Assembly (NCBI GenBank): GCA_032718475.1
Contig: JAUCBJ010005496.1
Coordinates: forward strand, 1 to 48,776
Length of the DNA stretch: 48,776 nt
Source of the DNA: Nemertoderma westbladi
Taxonomy: Eukaryota > Animalia > Xenacoelomorpha
Direction: 5' to 3'
Part shown: positions 23,322 through 35,900 of the stretch, piece by piece
How the letters are laid out: every line of letters begins with the position of its first letter
Numbering within the stretch: position 1 is the stretch's first letter
The notes under the pieces: model-generated
Database searches by the model: none
Told to the model about the DNA's origin: nothing
The model's input: the letters and a program-made list of their open reading frames with translations, nothing else
Position numbers and translations under genes: made by a program

Positions 23322-26320
23322 GGCCCAAACTCACAAAAAGTGGCCAAAAACGTTTCCCACACGATTCGACTTAATTTTAGAATGAAATTTTTTTTGGAAC
23401 CTAGAAAAGTTATGTATATTTTTGAAGATAATTTTATGGTCCAACAGATGCACAAAAAATCATACTGCCACTCCGACTTTGAACGATTTTACAGACCTTT
23501 TAGTACTAAAAAATGCAGGTTTTTCAATTTTCCAAAAAAGTTCATTGCATTGTGGGGGATGTATTTTGACTTCTACTGGGTGTATTTCAACAAGTTATAG
23601 CTCATTTTAAAGCTAAATAATAGAGGAATGCAATGGAATAACTTCCAAATTGTTTTATTGATATCATATTTAAATAAAACAATAGATAATATACCACTAT
23701 TTTTGACAATTACTTGTCCCAAACGGTAACAACTGAATTCACCAATAGGTTTTTATTGGGATTCTATAAACTAAATTCTTATTTGAAAGGAAAATCTTCA
23801 AGAAGTGGAATGTTCCAGATATTACGAAAAAATACTAAACACAACCGGAGATATGGCTGGTTTTATACGTGCGAGTCAATTATGTCAATTAGGATTGTCC
23901 CATGTGTAACACCAAGTGCACTGCTTTACCATGCTCTAGAATCAGTTCTAACAAACTTGATATGAAGATTCAAATATCAGAAGATAGCCAAGTTCTTGGT
24001 CTTTTGCGTGAGTAATCATTTGTGGCAACAATTGACTATGGAATAGACTTTAGTTGCTTTTACATTTATCAGCATGAGCTTTGTCCCACCTGTAACAAAA
24101 GCTGTAACACAAAAAATCGTTACAAGCGGGACGTCCCACATGTAACATGTAAATCGAATAATTTTGGGCTACAGAATGGGACATGTCTCACCTGTAACAC
24201 TTTAGTTGTGCTGACTTTTTATAATATTGATAAGACTGTAGGTCATGCACACAGAACAGCAGTATTAACTGTGATTGGTACTTACCTACCTACAGTAGTA
24301 CTGGTGACAGTATCAGTGCTGCCTCTTTATTGCGTTTGATTCGAAGTTATTGGATCTACAGATCTGCGCAGTGTATAGAGATTACTATTGACTACTAAAC
24401 AAACTAATCCTAACCAGAACCAGTTATAAGACACTGATACAGACACTATGTGACTACGGTATGGAATAGAGACCACATTTCATTACTTATTAGACATCAA
24501 CTTGCCGTTCCGGTATCAAGATACTGATAGTAAATAAAAATAGGACTAATAATACTGATCTGTCTTATATGGAATGCGGTCCATCTTAGATCTATCTTCT
24601 GCGATTGGGAGAGGGGAGATTGGGAGCTCCGTGAAGGGAGCAGTTAGAGGTGGGAGGGAAAAAAATAAAGGTGCAAGGGGAGCAGTTGGATGTGTGAGGG
24701 GAAAAGGTAGAGGTGCAAGGGGAGCAGTTGGAGGTGCGAGAGGAAAAGGCAGAGGTGCAAGAGGAGCAGTTGGAAGTGTGAGGGGAAAAGGTAGAGGTGC
24801 AAGTGGAGCAGTTGGAGGTGCGAGGGGAAAAGGTAGATGTGGAAGGGGAGCAGTTGGAGGAGCGAGAGGAGTAGTTAGTGCGAGAGCAGTAGGTAGAGGT
24901 GCGAGAGGAGAATGGGAGGATCTGTGGAGGGTGTGGGAGACATGGTGAAAAGTACAGGAGGATCTGTGGAGGGTGTGGGAGACAGGGTGAAAAGTACAGG
25001 AGGATCTGTGGAGGGTGTGTGAGACGGAGTGGGAAGTACATGAGGATCTGCGGAGGGTGTGGGAGACGAAATGGGAAGTACAGGAGGATATGTGGAGGGT
25101 GTGGGAGACGGAGTGGGAAGTACAGGATGATCTGGGGAGGGTGTGGGAGACAGGGTGAGAAGTACAGGAGGATCTGTGGAGGGTGTGGGAGACAGGGTGA
25201 GAAGTACAGGAAGATCAGTGGAGGGTGTGGGGGGGGGGGAGACAGGGTGAGAAGTACAGGAGGATCTGTGGAGGGTGTGGGAAACAGGGTGAGAAGTACA
25301 GGAGGATCTGTGGAGGGTGTGGGAGACAGGGTGAGAAGTACAGGAAGATCAGCGGAGGGTGTGGGGGGGGGGGGCAGGGTGAGAAGTACAGGGGGATCTG
25401 TGGAGGGTGTGGGAGACAGGGTGATAAGTACAGGAGGATCTGTGGAGGGTGTGGGAAACAGGGTGAGAAGTACAAGAGGATCTGAGGAGGGTGATGAAGT
25501 TGGAGTGGAAGGTACAGGTGGATCTGTGGAGGGTGGGGATGAAAGTGATCATGAACAATTTACAGGTTTTGAAGGAGTGGGGGGTATGGGAAGATCCGTG
25601 GCGGCTATACAAGATAACGTTTGGAATACAGGAGAATCTATGGAGGGTGTAGAAGATGGAGTGGGGAGTACAGTACAGGAGGTTCTGTGGAGGGTGGAGA
25701 TGAAACTGATGAACAATTTATAGGTTTTGACTAACTGCTCAGCCATATTATACAGTTATAAACTCGGTAATAAACTCCTCATATTTGTGAATTTTCATAT
25801 AAATCGTCACTAAAGTACCTAAAGTGGTTAAAATGTTTTAATAAACTCTTTATGTTTATTTGATAAACTATAATATTTTATAATTTTTCCAGAAATGGGG
25901 ACCATAAAGATTTATTATGATTGATTTTATTTTCAAATAAGCTTTATTGGGATGTGTTGCTGGGATCACGAATGGCTGCATAGCTCCCACTCAGAGACGA
26001 AATCTAGGTTAATTTAACATTTCAGTGTAATTACAAATGGTGTTACATGGTGGGACAAATTGTTACAGGCATCGGAAATCACCATTCAAGGGCTCTGATT
26101 GGCTGATTTCGGGCGTTACATTGTGGGACAAGTGTTACAGGAATGGACAACTGTTTTTCTCAATTATTTGTTACCATGAGGTCGGGGCTATTGGGAAATT
26201 ACCACCATTGAATTCAGCGCACCAAGAGCTTTCTGGTGATATATAATATTATATACTTTGGGAAACTTTTTTTTACAAAAAAATTATTTTTTTTGGCCAC
26301 TTTTTGTGGTTTTTGTGATT
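23322..26320. mobile_element. ~3-kb non-autonomous TIR DNA transposon with subterminal repeats
   Basis: CACAAAAAGTGGCCAAAAA (23332) is inverted against TTTTTGGCCACTTTTTGTG (~26290-26308). TGTCCCA..TGTAAC repeats on the left (23896, 24082, 24133, 24185) are mirrored by GTTACA..TGGGACA on the right (26042, 26115). Boundaries approximate. Confidence 0.6.
24638..25485 (+). repeat. Two adjacent purine-rich 42-bp minisatellite arrays
   Basis: GGAGCAGTTGGAGGTGCGAGGGGAAAAGGTAGAGGTGCAAGG (~5 copies, 24638-24865), then GGATCTGTGGAGGGTGTGGGAGACAGGGTGAGAAGTACAGGA (~13 copies, 24918-25485). Confidence 0.95.
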
Positions 26321-27264
26321 ATAAACTCAAATAAAAACAATATTTTTTCTCTTTCCTCGTTTCTTAGATGAATATTTTTTTGTAGCAAACAAATTAATAA
26401 ATAAAACAAAATAGTATTTTATTTCACAATATTTTGGATTCATTTTTAATTTTGAATTCATATTAATATGACAGAAGCTGAAGACGCGTTTTTATAAATA
26501 GGATAATAGTTATTATTCTGGCTGGTTCTGTAACTAATTTCCAAACTGCTTTTAATATGGTTAAATAACCAACATTGTTATAACTGGCACAATGAATAAA
26601 CATCACATACATAATGTACATACACACACACCACCCTACGTACACAATATGACACAAACCAAACTGCACCCCAATGGTATTTCACTATCAAGCTATAGAA
26701 TATTTTATAAAAAATGTCTAAATATTATACAACTGATATTTTATTAAAATGATTTTAAATAAAATTAAATAGGACGAGTTTTATGACCAAGAAAATATAA
26801 ATAAACACAATCCTGAAACATTAGCAGCAGCAGCAGCACTGGCAACATCGCAAAACCAATGTAAAGTAATCCAAAGTAAAAATGCTAATATTATATAATA
26901 TGTACTGCGGAAATCAACTCATAAATATAAAATATTATGATTACATTATAAATAAATATATGACACAATATAATCAATCAATAGAAAATGGCCGCATTGC
27001 TAAATAAATGGCAGCGGAAACTGTCGGAAACCGACGTTTGCGAACTGAAAAATAGGAAAGGAGCAGGTTACAGTGGCACGTTATTCAAAACAAATCAATA
27101 AACGAGGGTAAATAATAGTTAGAGTTTAATTTTTGAAGGTGATCTGCTGTTATTTGCAGATTAATTGTGTCAAGAGAACCGCAAGTGTAGACTAGGCGAG
27201 ATTCGTTATACATAGACCCCATGCTAAACGATACAGAGACAGTGTTGGTAGGGTTACTAGGTTA

Positions 27265-28722
27265 CTAGAGTGGTCTGGGAGCGTGGAGTCCCTCGACATC
27301 GCCCGATATGTGCGGCAGATGCGCCACTCGGGGGGGCCCCCAGTCCCCCAGACTGTCTCCGTGGTACTCGCGATGGGTGAGACGGTGCGAGATGGAGTAG
27401 CCACCGGAGCCCTCCAACTGGGTGAGCACGATGATGGCCTGGCGGTGCAGCGGCGGCACGTTGTCCACGGTGAACAGAGTCGCCCGAGTGGACACCACGT
27501 TGTAGCTGTCCGTGCAGTCGCACTGCACGTGGACCGACCGCGACGGGTGTCGGTTCTCCACGACGACCACTAACCCCGCCCAGCCCTGCGTCAGGTAGTA
27601 GCAGGTCATACCTTGGCGAGCCTCGTGGCGTTGCCCCTTAGTGACGGTGAGTTGGATCATGGCGTCGGCGAGGGCGTGACCGTTTACGGCGATCTGGGAG
27701 ATCGCGAGCGGGTTACTGCTGTGTACGGCTAGCGTGTAGCGGGGTGGAGCGGTGTTCGCGCTGTCTAGCAGCCAATGGTTGAACGCGGTGCAGACAACCG
27801 CGTAGACCCCCGGTTCCAGCATCATACCGCAACCGACGAAGCCTCTAACGGCGCGACGAGAGTTTCCAGCGAGTTTGTAGAATCGCGGAGGCGTCGACAC
27901 GGTGTCAGTTCGAAGGACAATGACGCAGAGATCGAGTTTATTATGTCCCGAGGAGCTCCGACGGGCTCCTTTCTGGAATAAACCGAACTCGACTTCGGTA
28001 GGGGTGAACGCGTTCACTACCGTGATCGTTGTTGGACCGCGGGCGAACGCGGGTAGCGAGCCTCGGAGTCGCGTCTCGTACCAACTCGCTCGGAACTTAC
28101 AGACGTCGACGCAGTCGAAGTATCGCAGCATCGCGTCGAGGGGCATCCAGAAGACGCCCTCCTGGGCGCCGTGGGCGAGTAGGGCGTCGGCCAGGGCGGG
28201 ACTCCACAGGGGCGATCCGTCGGCCCAGTCGCCGCGCCAGGAGACCCGACCCCACGGGTTGCGGAGTCGGACCAGTCGCGTCCCGTCCGGCAGCGTCCGG
28301 ACGTCCAGCACCGAGTAGGCGTGTCTCGGCCGCAGTCCGGACGCCTCGTACTCGGAATCCGGGCGCGACATGTTGCCGCCCCCGCAACTCGCGCCCATCG
28401 GGAACCCGGCGTCCCGGGCGCTTAGCAACGTCGCCCAGACGAGGTCCGCGTCGATCGGGTCCGAGTCCGCGTGCCCAGTCGCCCCCGGGTTCAGGTTGAT
28501 CGTTTCGCAGGGCGCGCCCGTGAGCGTCGCGAGTCCCTCGATGGCTCGCCCCGCCTGCAGCGCGTGGTACCCGCCGTGCAGCTTGGCCAGGGCTTTCTCG
28601 ATCAAGGGGACCCAGAGTTGGCGACGACGGCCCATCGAGTAGACTAAGTTGTTACGCGCGTCGCACGGTAGCAGGTCGTCTACCAGTACCGTCTGCCACT
28701 CACCATCCAGACAGAGTCGCAC
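27265..28722 (-). CDS. CAPN15: Calpain-15 / small optic lobes (SOL), coding exon 2: CysPc catalytic His/Asn region and SOL domain
   Basis: VRLCLDGEWQTVLVDDLLPCD, LWVPLIEKALAKLHG, GLRPRHAYSVLDV (His), RLRNPWG (Asn); SOL domain GMTCYYLTQGWAGLVVVVENR...GLHAPRPL. Acceptor TTTAACAG precedes 28722. Confidence 0.96.
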   Translation of the reverse strand: MRLCLDGEWQTVLVDDLLPCDARNNLVYSMGRRRQLWVPLIEKALAKLHGGYHALQAGRAIEGLATLTGAPCETINLNPGATGHADSDPIDADLVWATLLSARDAGFPMGASCGGGNMSRPDSEYEASGLRPRHAYSVLDVRTLPDGTRLVRLRNPWGRVSWRGDWADGSPLWSPALADALLAHGAQEGVFWMPLDAMLRYFDCVDVCKFRASWYETRLRGSLPAFARGPTTITVVNAFTPTEVEFGLFQKGARRSSSGHNKLDLCVIVLRTDTVSTPPRFYKLAGNSRRAVRGFVGCGMMLEPGVYAVVCTAFNHWLLDSANTAPPRYTLAVHSSNPLAISQIAVNGHALADAMIQLTVTKGQRHEARQGMTCYYLTQGWAGLVVVVENRHPSRSVHVQCDCTDSYNVVSTRATLFTVDNVPPLHRQAIIVLTQLEGSGGYSISHRLTHREYHGDSLGDWGPPRVAHLPHISGDVEGLHAPRPL

Positions 28723-28888
28723 CTGTTAAAGGAATGTACGCCGGTTTAATTACTAATGAAATGATTAAAGACCAAGATAAATAAATGAGGTTTACATAAA
28801 ACCAATGCAATGCATTTGTTGGTTGTTACAATATGACATCAATTTATTCTACTTTTAGTCGAGTCAATCTAGCAAAAAAACCGTAAGT

Positions 28889-29570
28889 ATTTCGCAATCA
28901 ATCCGAACCACATATTTTGGATTCTATATTACCTTGTTAATGACCAAAAAAAGTTCTAAAATTATATTTTGAGGATCATATGTTTATTCATGGAAATTTT
29001 ACGTAGATTTGCATAAAACAAGCCGAACAAAAGGAACAGTAAGGAAGAGAAAGTAGCAGCAAATTGGTGATGTTCCAGAATAATTTAATTAATTTCTCAA
29101 TAAGCTGTGATTCAATGGGAAATTAGTAATATTCACACTGGCGTGTTACACATTAATTGCTATATCACGGAAACTAGAAATCGTATCAAATTTTTATATA
29201 TATCAAAAACTTCACGATATATTAAGGTAACTGTTGTAAAAAAAATTACACAATTCCACTGCAAAGATATTTCAAAATTTCCATTAATGTTAGCAAAGAT
29301 TTTTCACATAATAAAATTGTGATTGCTCTATTGATTTTAGGTCTAATTTATTTATTTGTTTTAGCTTAAAAACCACAATAGTTTTTGTACCAGCAAAATT
29401 GGTATTAAAAATGGTTAAATGATTAGACAATATTCTGTTGTTCTGGAATCTAAATTGGTAACTATGTAGAAGTGCATACTTCAGTCAATCGATAGTCATT
29501 TCATTAGAGTAAAGTTTGTCTGTACCAAATTTGGAGAAAATCCCACCAATAGACCCCTTGCTGCTATGTA
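28889..29570 (+). mobile_element. Second diverged copy of the 8380-9029 element, intronic
   Basis: Shared blocks TTCGCAATCAATCC..TTTTGGATTCTA..CTTGTTAATG, TAATGTTA.CAAAGATTTTTCA and CCTTGC.G.TATGTAA. Confidence 0.6.
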
Positions 29571-30218
29571 AGTGTTGTTGCTATGGGTCTCTTTTAGTAT
29601 GAGTTTCAGGAATGTCGATTGCTGACCAACACGTTTACTCTCGCCTGTCGGCTGCCACACGATGCAAAGGATGATCAGTTTCATCAATTTGTAATAATAT
29701 AAACATATTATTTGTTGCGAAGGGCGAATCTTAAATATATATTTCGGGACTTAAACCGCATGGCAATATGGTTGTGGTGATTTCTGTTAAACTTTACGGC
29801 ACTTTTGATTTCTATTCTATTAAATAATTTATTTTATTGTTAAAATTTACTTTATTTCCCGCTCAGTCAATGGGCTACCGGTAAATAATATTTGCATCAT
29901 TTACCTTACCTATATAGGTAAGTGGGGATTGTTGCTCTGGAATCAGCCAACTTTGTACTGTAATAAATACTATTCTGGGGCATTTTATTTACTTACCGAG
30001 TAGCTACGACTAGTTAAATGACATCGAGTAATTAATAATCTTCAAATAAATAATATGTTCCAGAATATTGTGGGTTTATTAAATATAATAAATGGGATGC
30101 CCTGCAGGCTGTAATGGATGCAAATGAAGCATATTTTATTTACCATACAATAAATAGTTATTATTCTTTAATTTCTATTAAATTTACTTTTGATTTTTGT
30201 TCAATACTTAACTTAGTA

Positions 30219-30356
30219 GGGGGCGTTCATAAAGTATGTCACGCACTAGGGGAAGGGGGGGGGGGGGGGGGGGGGTTAGAGATTTCGTGACATTTTGTGA
30301 CAGATTTTGTGTCAAAAATCGGAACAATTTGCGTGGCATACTTTATGAACGCCCCC
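30219..30356. mobile_element. 138-bp MITE, Zator/PIF-like TIR
   Basis: 27-bp TIR GGGGGCGTTCATAAAGTATG(T/C)CACGCA; flanks GTA/TTA; internal poly-G. The TIR resembles that of 3062-3833. Confidence 0.85.
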
Positions 30357-30422
30357 TTAGGTAATTTTACTTTTGTTTCCTATCTATTCCTTCTCTACCA
30401 TAAATATTTTGTGCCGCTGTAC

Positions 30423-31481
30423 CTGGTAGGCTCCTTGCGGGCAGTACTCGTTGGTAACCATCACGTTATAAATCAACTCCGGTTTCTCTGTGAGAACCGC
30501 CAACGCGGAGAGGAACCAACAGTTCCCCAGGACCCCCTGGTGTATATCAGTGGGAAGGGGAGTGTTCCGGAAAACAGTCCACGGAAGGGAGCGTTCGTCC
30601 CGGGAAGTTGCCGCCACACGGTTGGGTCTACGCCACTGTGCCACCGCGCCGCCCCCCTGTGGCTGCGGTCCCGCCCCGTACAGGGATCGCATAGTCGGCG
30701 GGAAGGAATCGTCAACAAAAGGTTCACCGTTCGCCGCGCAGTAGCTGACGATGGATTCCCAGGTGGATCTCGCGTGTTGCACGTCCATGGCTCGTAGTGA
30801 TTCGGCGTCCAACGCTGGCCCGGGCTCCGGGGGCGATGAGCGGCACCCATCGCAGGAGGTGGTCCCGTAGACGTTGATTGTCGTGCACCTGAGACACGTC
30901 CAGGGACGCATTCCTTTCGATTCTTCGCGAATTAATTCCGGTCTACAGTCGCTGCAACTTCCAACATCCTGACTGACCGACGAGTTTATTAATTTACCGC
31001 AAACTCGACATTTCCAAGCGGAACAAACTTCGCAGTTTCTCGAACCTGATCGGTTACTGAACGTACAGAAGTTGCACTCCCAAACAGTAGTTGTTATTGC
31101 GTCTGAACTTCTTATCGAGGTTAAGTCGATCACCGGTATTTCTGCACCGGTACGAATAATTGCACCGTTATATTGCCCGGCTTCGCCGCTATGCCTTGTA
31201 GATCGCGGGTCAGTTTCATCGTCAGAATCCAAAATAACCGATTCGATTCTCTTTTTTAAGCGAATAATTCCGTTGCGTGTCACTTCAGTCAGGGATTCTA
31301 GAACGTCCTTTTTAGGGTAGTTGGGAACTTTTGGTGTATCGCACATCTCGCAGGCTGAGAGGAGTGGGTTGTTAGCGTAGGTGCATTCGCGACAAGACCA
31401 AATGTTGGGGGCATCCAACTCTGATATTGAAGTTTGTTCGGCTCCCATTATGAAATGACCTGTTACTCCGTCTTTAAACAT
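30423..31481 (-). CDS. CAPN15: Calpain-15 / SOL, coding exon 1: RanBP2-type zinc fingers and catalytic Cys
   Basis: WSCRECTYAN..CEMC, WECNFCTFSN..CEVC, WKCRVC..CSDC, WTCLRCTTIN..CDGC; FVDDSFPP; IHQGVLGNCWFLSALAVL (catalytic Cys). Confidence 0.95.
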
Positions 31482-31571
31482 TGAATTTGCAGATCTGTAT
31501 TCTTTATTACAGTATTATTTATAATTCAGTACCGTAATTACTAAGTTCAATCAAACTACTGTCAGACTGTA

Positions 31572-32175
31572 CAGTCGGGGAGAAGTTCAAATTTCAACTG
31601 AGTTGAAATTTAAAACTTTTTTTTTTAATTCAACTTTTACTGTTTTAAGTTGTAATTTCAACTCTAAAGTGGCAGGAGGTCCAGACCAGCAGACTGGCAG
31701 ACTGCCAGAAGGCCCCCAAGACGCGACAGAAGGCGTGTTTTTGTTATTTTTATCATTGTAACTCGAAAAATTAATCCTCATTACAGCATTAGGCCTACCG
31801 ATGGAATAAAAACTTTCACCGCCGGGATTACTTTTTTAAAAACATTTTAAGTTAGGCCTTACATTTAGGAATTAGCTGAAATCAGGAAATACTACGGGAA
31901 TTAATTAGACGTACCGTATTAAATTACCGCTGTTGCGCTGTATCAGTAGTGTACCGGTATGTCATAATTATTTTACAATGCACAAGGGAATACCAGTAAC
32001 AGAGTAATGGATTACAAATCCATATTTCTGTATTTCCAAACCTACTCCAAAAGGAATTAAAAAAAAAGTTGAATTTTAAACCCTACTCCAAAAGTTGAAT
32101 TTTAATAAAAAGTTGAATTTTAAAAAATAAAGTTGAAATTTCAACTCAGTTCAAAATAGAACTTCTCCCCGACTG
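31572..32175. mobile_element. MITE with CAG termini, 90 bp upstream of the CAPN15 ATG
   Basis: TIR CAGTCGGGGAGAAGTTC...AACTGAGTTGAAATTT / AAATTTCAACTCAGTT...GAACTTCTCCCCGACTG with AAAAGTTGAATTTTAA subterminal repeats. TSD unclear. Confidence 0.8.
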
Positions 32176-32972
32176 CCGACTGGCAGACTGGGACTGCTGT
32201 AGGTACTGAGGTAGGCCTCATTCAGTCATTAGAAATAATTACCGAATTAATCAAGCTCAAACAATTAAATAAAATAAATTAGGTCTAGCTGTATTGAAGA
32301 AATACAGAAATAAGAAATATAGAAATTATGAATACCGTATTATAACGGTGTATCCTGTACAGCTGTACGATACAGTCAACAGTGGTAGGCCTATCAGCCT
32401 ATGGCATAATGCAGTAATGGCGGTATGATTTGGATCGCACTCAGAATGTTCAGTGATAGCTGATAGCTCAGTAGCTGCTGCTGGATTGGCTGATAGGCTC
32501 TACTCAACTCAAAGGACAACTCTACAAAAGTTATGCTTTTTAATGACCGCAGTGATGACCTCCAAAATACATTCCGAGTTGCCAGGATAGTTGCCACCAT
32601 GGAGTAATACATAGTACAAGTTCTAAGTTCACTATCACTACCAGACAGCCAGTAACGAGTAAAAGTGTGTCATAAGAAAACGTGTAAAGCTACAAAATGT
32701 GTAACTCCTAACTGCACACATAATACTTATTATTCCTTAACTTTATATTTTCTCGAGCTTAGTTTCTCATTATTTATGATTGACCAAGACCAATGTCTCC
32801 ATAGGTAACACCCTACATGTTAATTTATTACATAGTTACAATTTATTTGTGTGCATGCAAGTTTAGAAAATGTTTCATAATAAATAAATAAAAAAAATAA
32901 ATAAATAAAAAAAAAAATATTGTTGTTGCTACAGTATGTAAAACATCTGTCGTTCAGATGGATATTGTTGCA

Positions 32973-35900
32973 CTAGTGCCGGATTAAGCCTCTGGTGACC
33001 CTAAGGCACATTTTAGTAATTTCCAAAAATGCCCCGCAAATTGATATTTTTCCGCAAACCATTTCAAAAGAACAAGCCGCTAAAAACAACTGAAATTGTG
33101 AAAATGTTGTGAAGGAAGTACATGCACCACATAAGTCTGTAAGTGCTAACGCGGGATTTCCTTGGTAAAGTGACACCATACCAGTGATTTCTGAAAGTAC
33201 CAATGTGCTAACTCAGTAACAGACTTTAGCAACATTTAGCAACACCAATTCTGCACCACCCGCAAGAGGGCTCAAGTGTTCTAAAGTGCTAACTTACTAA
33301 AAACACCAATAACAATAGTAATATTAGCAAAGTTAGGAGTTTGAAGTGATGGTATCTGTAAATCTTGAAAGATAATGATTAGGTGTTTTTGTGTTGAATA
33401 TTTCAAGACACCACACATCATAAAATGCTAACTCATTATTCGTTCTTTGGGATGTGAAAGGATATTGAATATATTATAATATTAATTATGTAATCATTTG
33501 TTTCAAAAATATCAATATTTATTTAGTTTCAACAACGTTAATAGAATCAAAATATTTATATTAAAATTTATGTAACATTACACAACATAGTTTTTCTAAT
33601 GTTTCTTATAGTGTTATTGATTGTTTGAAAATCAAGATGTTCAGAATAAATTTAAATTACATTATTTCAACTTTTCAAATTGGTTAGAAACTGAATTGGG
33701 GGGTGGGGGGGTGTACACACCAAATTTTATACTACCAAGTTTTTGCTAATTTCATTTGTGAAAATGTTCTCAAACATATAAAATATGTTCAATTAAAATA
33801 TTTTATAACGTTCTATATTTTTCATTTTCAAAATAAAATAGAGAATCCTAAAAAATTGTTCTCCTTTTTAAACAATAGAACATACATTTCTGCATTTCCA
33901 ATCGCTGATTTCTCAGGCTACCAAAGGGGGTCAGAACCTTAATGCGCATATAAGACAATGAATGCTTGTATTTATGGATGTACAGTATGTTAGCACTATA
34001 TGATTTCTGCTGACTGGAATTATTTATTTCTGAAACACATTGTCATCTATATTGTGATCTATGGTTGATTAAAAAGCAATAAACACAATAAACGCAATAA
34101 ATAGAATGCTGTGCCGGCTTGACGACAAAATTGCACCGCCACAACTCCCTATCACCCATGACATTTGCTAGATCATCCGAATCTTCAAGGCCAGTGTCCT
34201 TTAAGATGCGTCTCAAGAAAGTCATGGGCTGTCCACCATGCTTATTCACTGCATGAGGCTACCAAAGAACAAGATTATGCACTGACTGGTCCACACGGCG
34301 AAAGCAATGTCCTGCAAAGCGGAGGCGGGTTTGTTCTAGTGTCAAGCCTGGGGGAACCAATGAGACACCTCCAATGTTATATAGTGTCTGGTTGGAGATG
34401 TGTGGATTGTACTTGACACAGTGAACCCGGCGTAGCATTCTTGTGAATGTGCCATCCAGAGATTTGGTATCCTCTGCAGTTAGAGCCCAGCATGGACTCC
34501 CATAGAGGAGTACTGGAACTACTGCTGCTCTAAATAATCGGACCTTAAGTTTCCGATTAATTCTCGGTGACTTCCAAATCCTGGAAAGCCTATTCAAGGC
34601 TGTCCATGCCTTTCTCTTACGTATTCGAAGGTCCTCACCTGACCTCCGGATCCATGAACCCTGGTGACAGAAGTCGTCCACATGCACAAGCATACCATCC
34701 TTTGAGCTTATGCTCATCCGATCAGAGACTTGCTGATGACTTTCATAGTTAACTGTCAAAATTTTGGTCATTTTTGGAGTTAATAAAAAGACCAACACTA
34801 GAAGCAGCATGTTCTAATGAGCTGAGGAGCCGTTGGGCTCCCTCTAGTGATTCTGAGAGTACTCCTAAGTCATCTGCAAAGTCTAGATCAGTTAGGTACT
34901 TGGCAGGATTTCCTCGACTTCTGGAGCCAGTAGGTGGAGTTATCATCACCCCCATCATCATTATGATGATCTAGTGACATGCTTATAGTCAACCATAATT
35001 ATGAACAAGAATGGCGCAAGTGTGTCTCCCTGGAGGACGCCCCATAACACTTAAAGTGGTTCTGTGTCACCGTCAGCAGTAGACACAAATGTTGTCGAAC
35101 CATCGTATACTGATCTGATTGCTGCAATAATTTCATCAGGAATCCCATATAATGAAAGTATGCTGAACATAACGTGAGCGAGAGACTGAATAAAAGGCCT
35201 TGAATAAGTCAACAAAGATAACAGCCAGATGCCTGTCTTTCTTTTTTGATCAATCTCTTCAATTATCCTTCTAAGTACCAAAATGGGCTCCATGGTCTCA
35301 CGACCTTTAAGGAACCCATTCTGATTTCCAAGGAGCAGTCTCTCAATGGGATCCAGAGGGATCAATGGGATCTAGATAAGCTTTAAACACTCAGGTATTT
35401 TAAAGACCTCAGGGGGAACACCATCTACTCCACTACTGGCACGATTGGTCTTAATGCTCTTTGCAGCAGCCTTCACTTCTGCAAAGGAGATATCGCCAAT
35501 GGGAATATCTGGGAGTACAGACTCAGAACACTTTTACTTCTTTAAAGTTATCAGGCGATACCCTGTCATTGAATTAAATACACTGCATTCCGGGACATGG
35601 CTTATTGGTTTTATGTATGTATTTAGAGAGGTTTAAAGTTTTGACCTCGAAAAGACCAAGAATAGCAGCAGTGTGCAATAATGGGTAAGAAATTGGTGAC
35701 ACATTTTCAAAATACTTGTAGCAATTTACGTTATAGCAGTATATGTAAAAAATAAAATTTGAGATTGCACGAAATTTGACATACAGAATGACCTCTCTAT
35801 TTTCTGGAAAAGGAAACTTATTGCAAGGATTAAGGATTTAGAATAATATATAATTATGAGAATAAATTAATTAATGGTTGTGATTATGTGCCATATTATT

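Larger units (their letters stand above)
28723..30422 (-). other. GT-AG intron of CAPN15 (1700 bp, phase 0)
   Basis: Donor CAG|GTACAG at 30422, acceptor AACAG|GTG at 28723. Splicing restores the conserved GAYQ|VRLC and gives 353+485=838 aa. Confidence 0.92.

Noticed and set aside
24899-25723. CxxC-repeat protein (RRICGGCGRQGEKY)n resembling a metal-binding protein
   Set aside because: All frames of the purine-rich 42-bp repeat are open, the start is not ATG, the frame shifts at poly-G runs, and it lies inside a TIR element. No independent coding evidence.
27192-28642. Many overlapping ORFs in other frames and strands of CAPN15 (also 9398-10556 in copine and 30297-31320)
   Set aside because: Shadow ORFs expected from GC-rich coding sequence; no recognisable motifs.
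30384-30422. C-terminus VQRHKIFMVEKE of the 365-aa ORF as a separate protein
   Set aside because: Read-through into the intron; splicing at 30422 restores the conserved calpain sequence.
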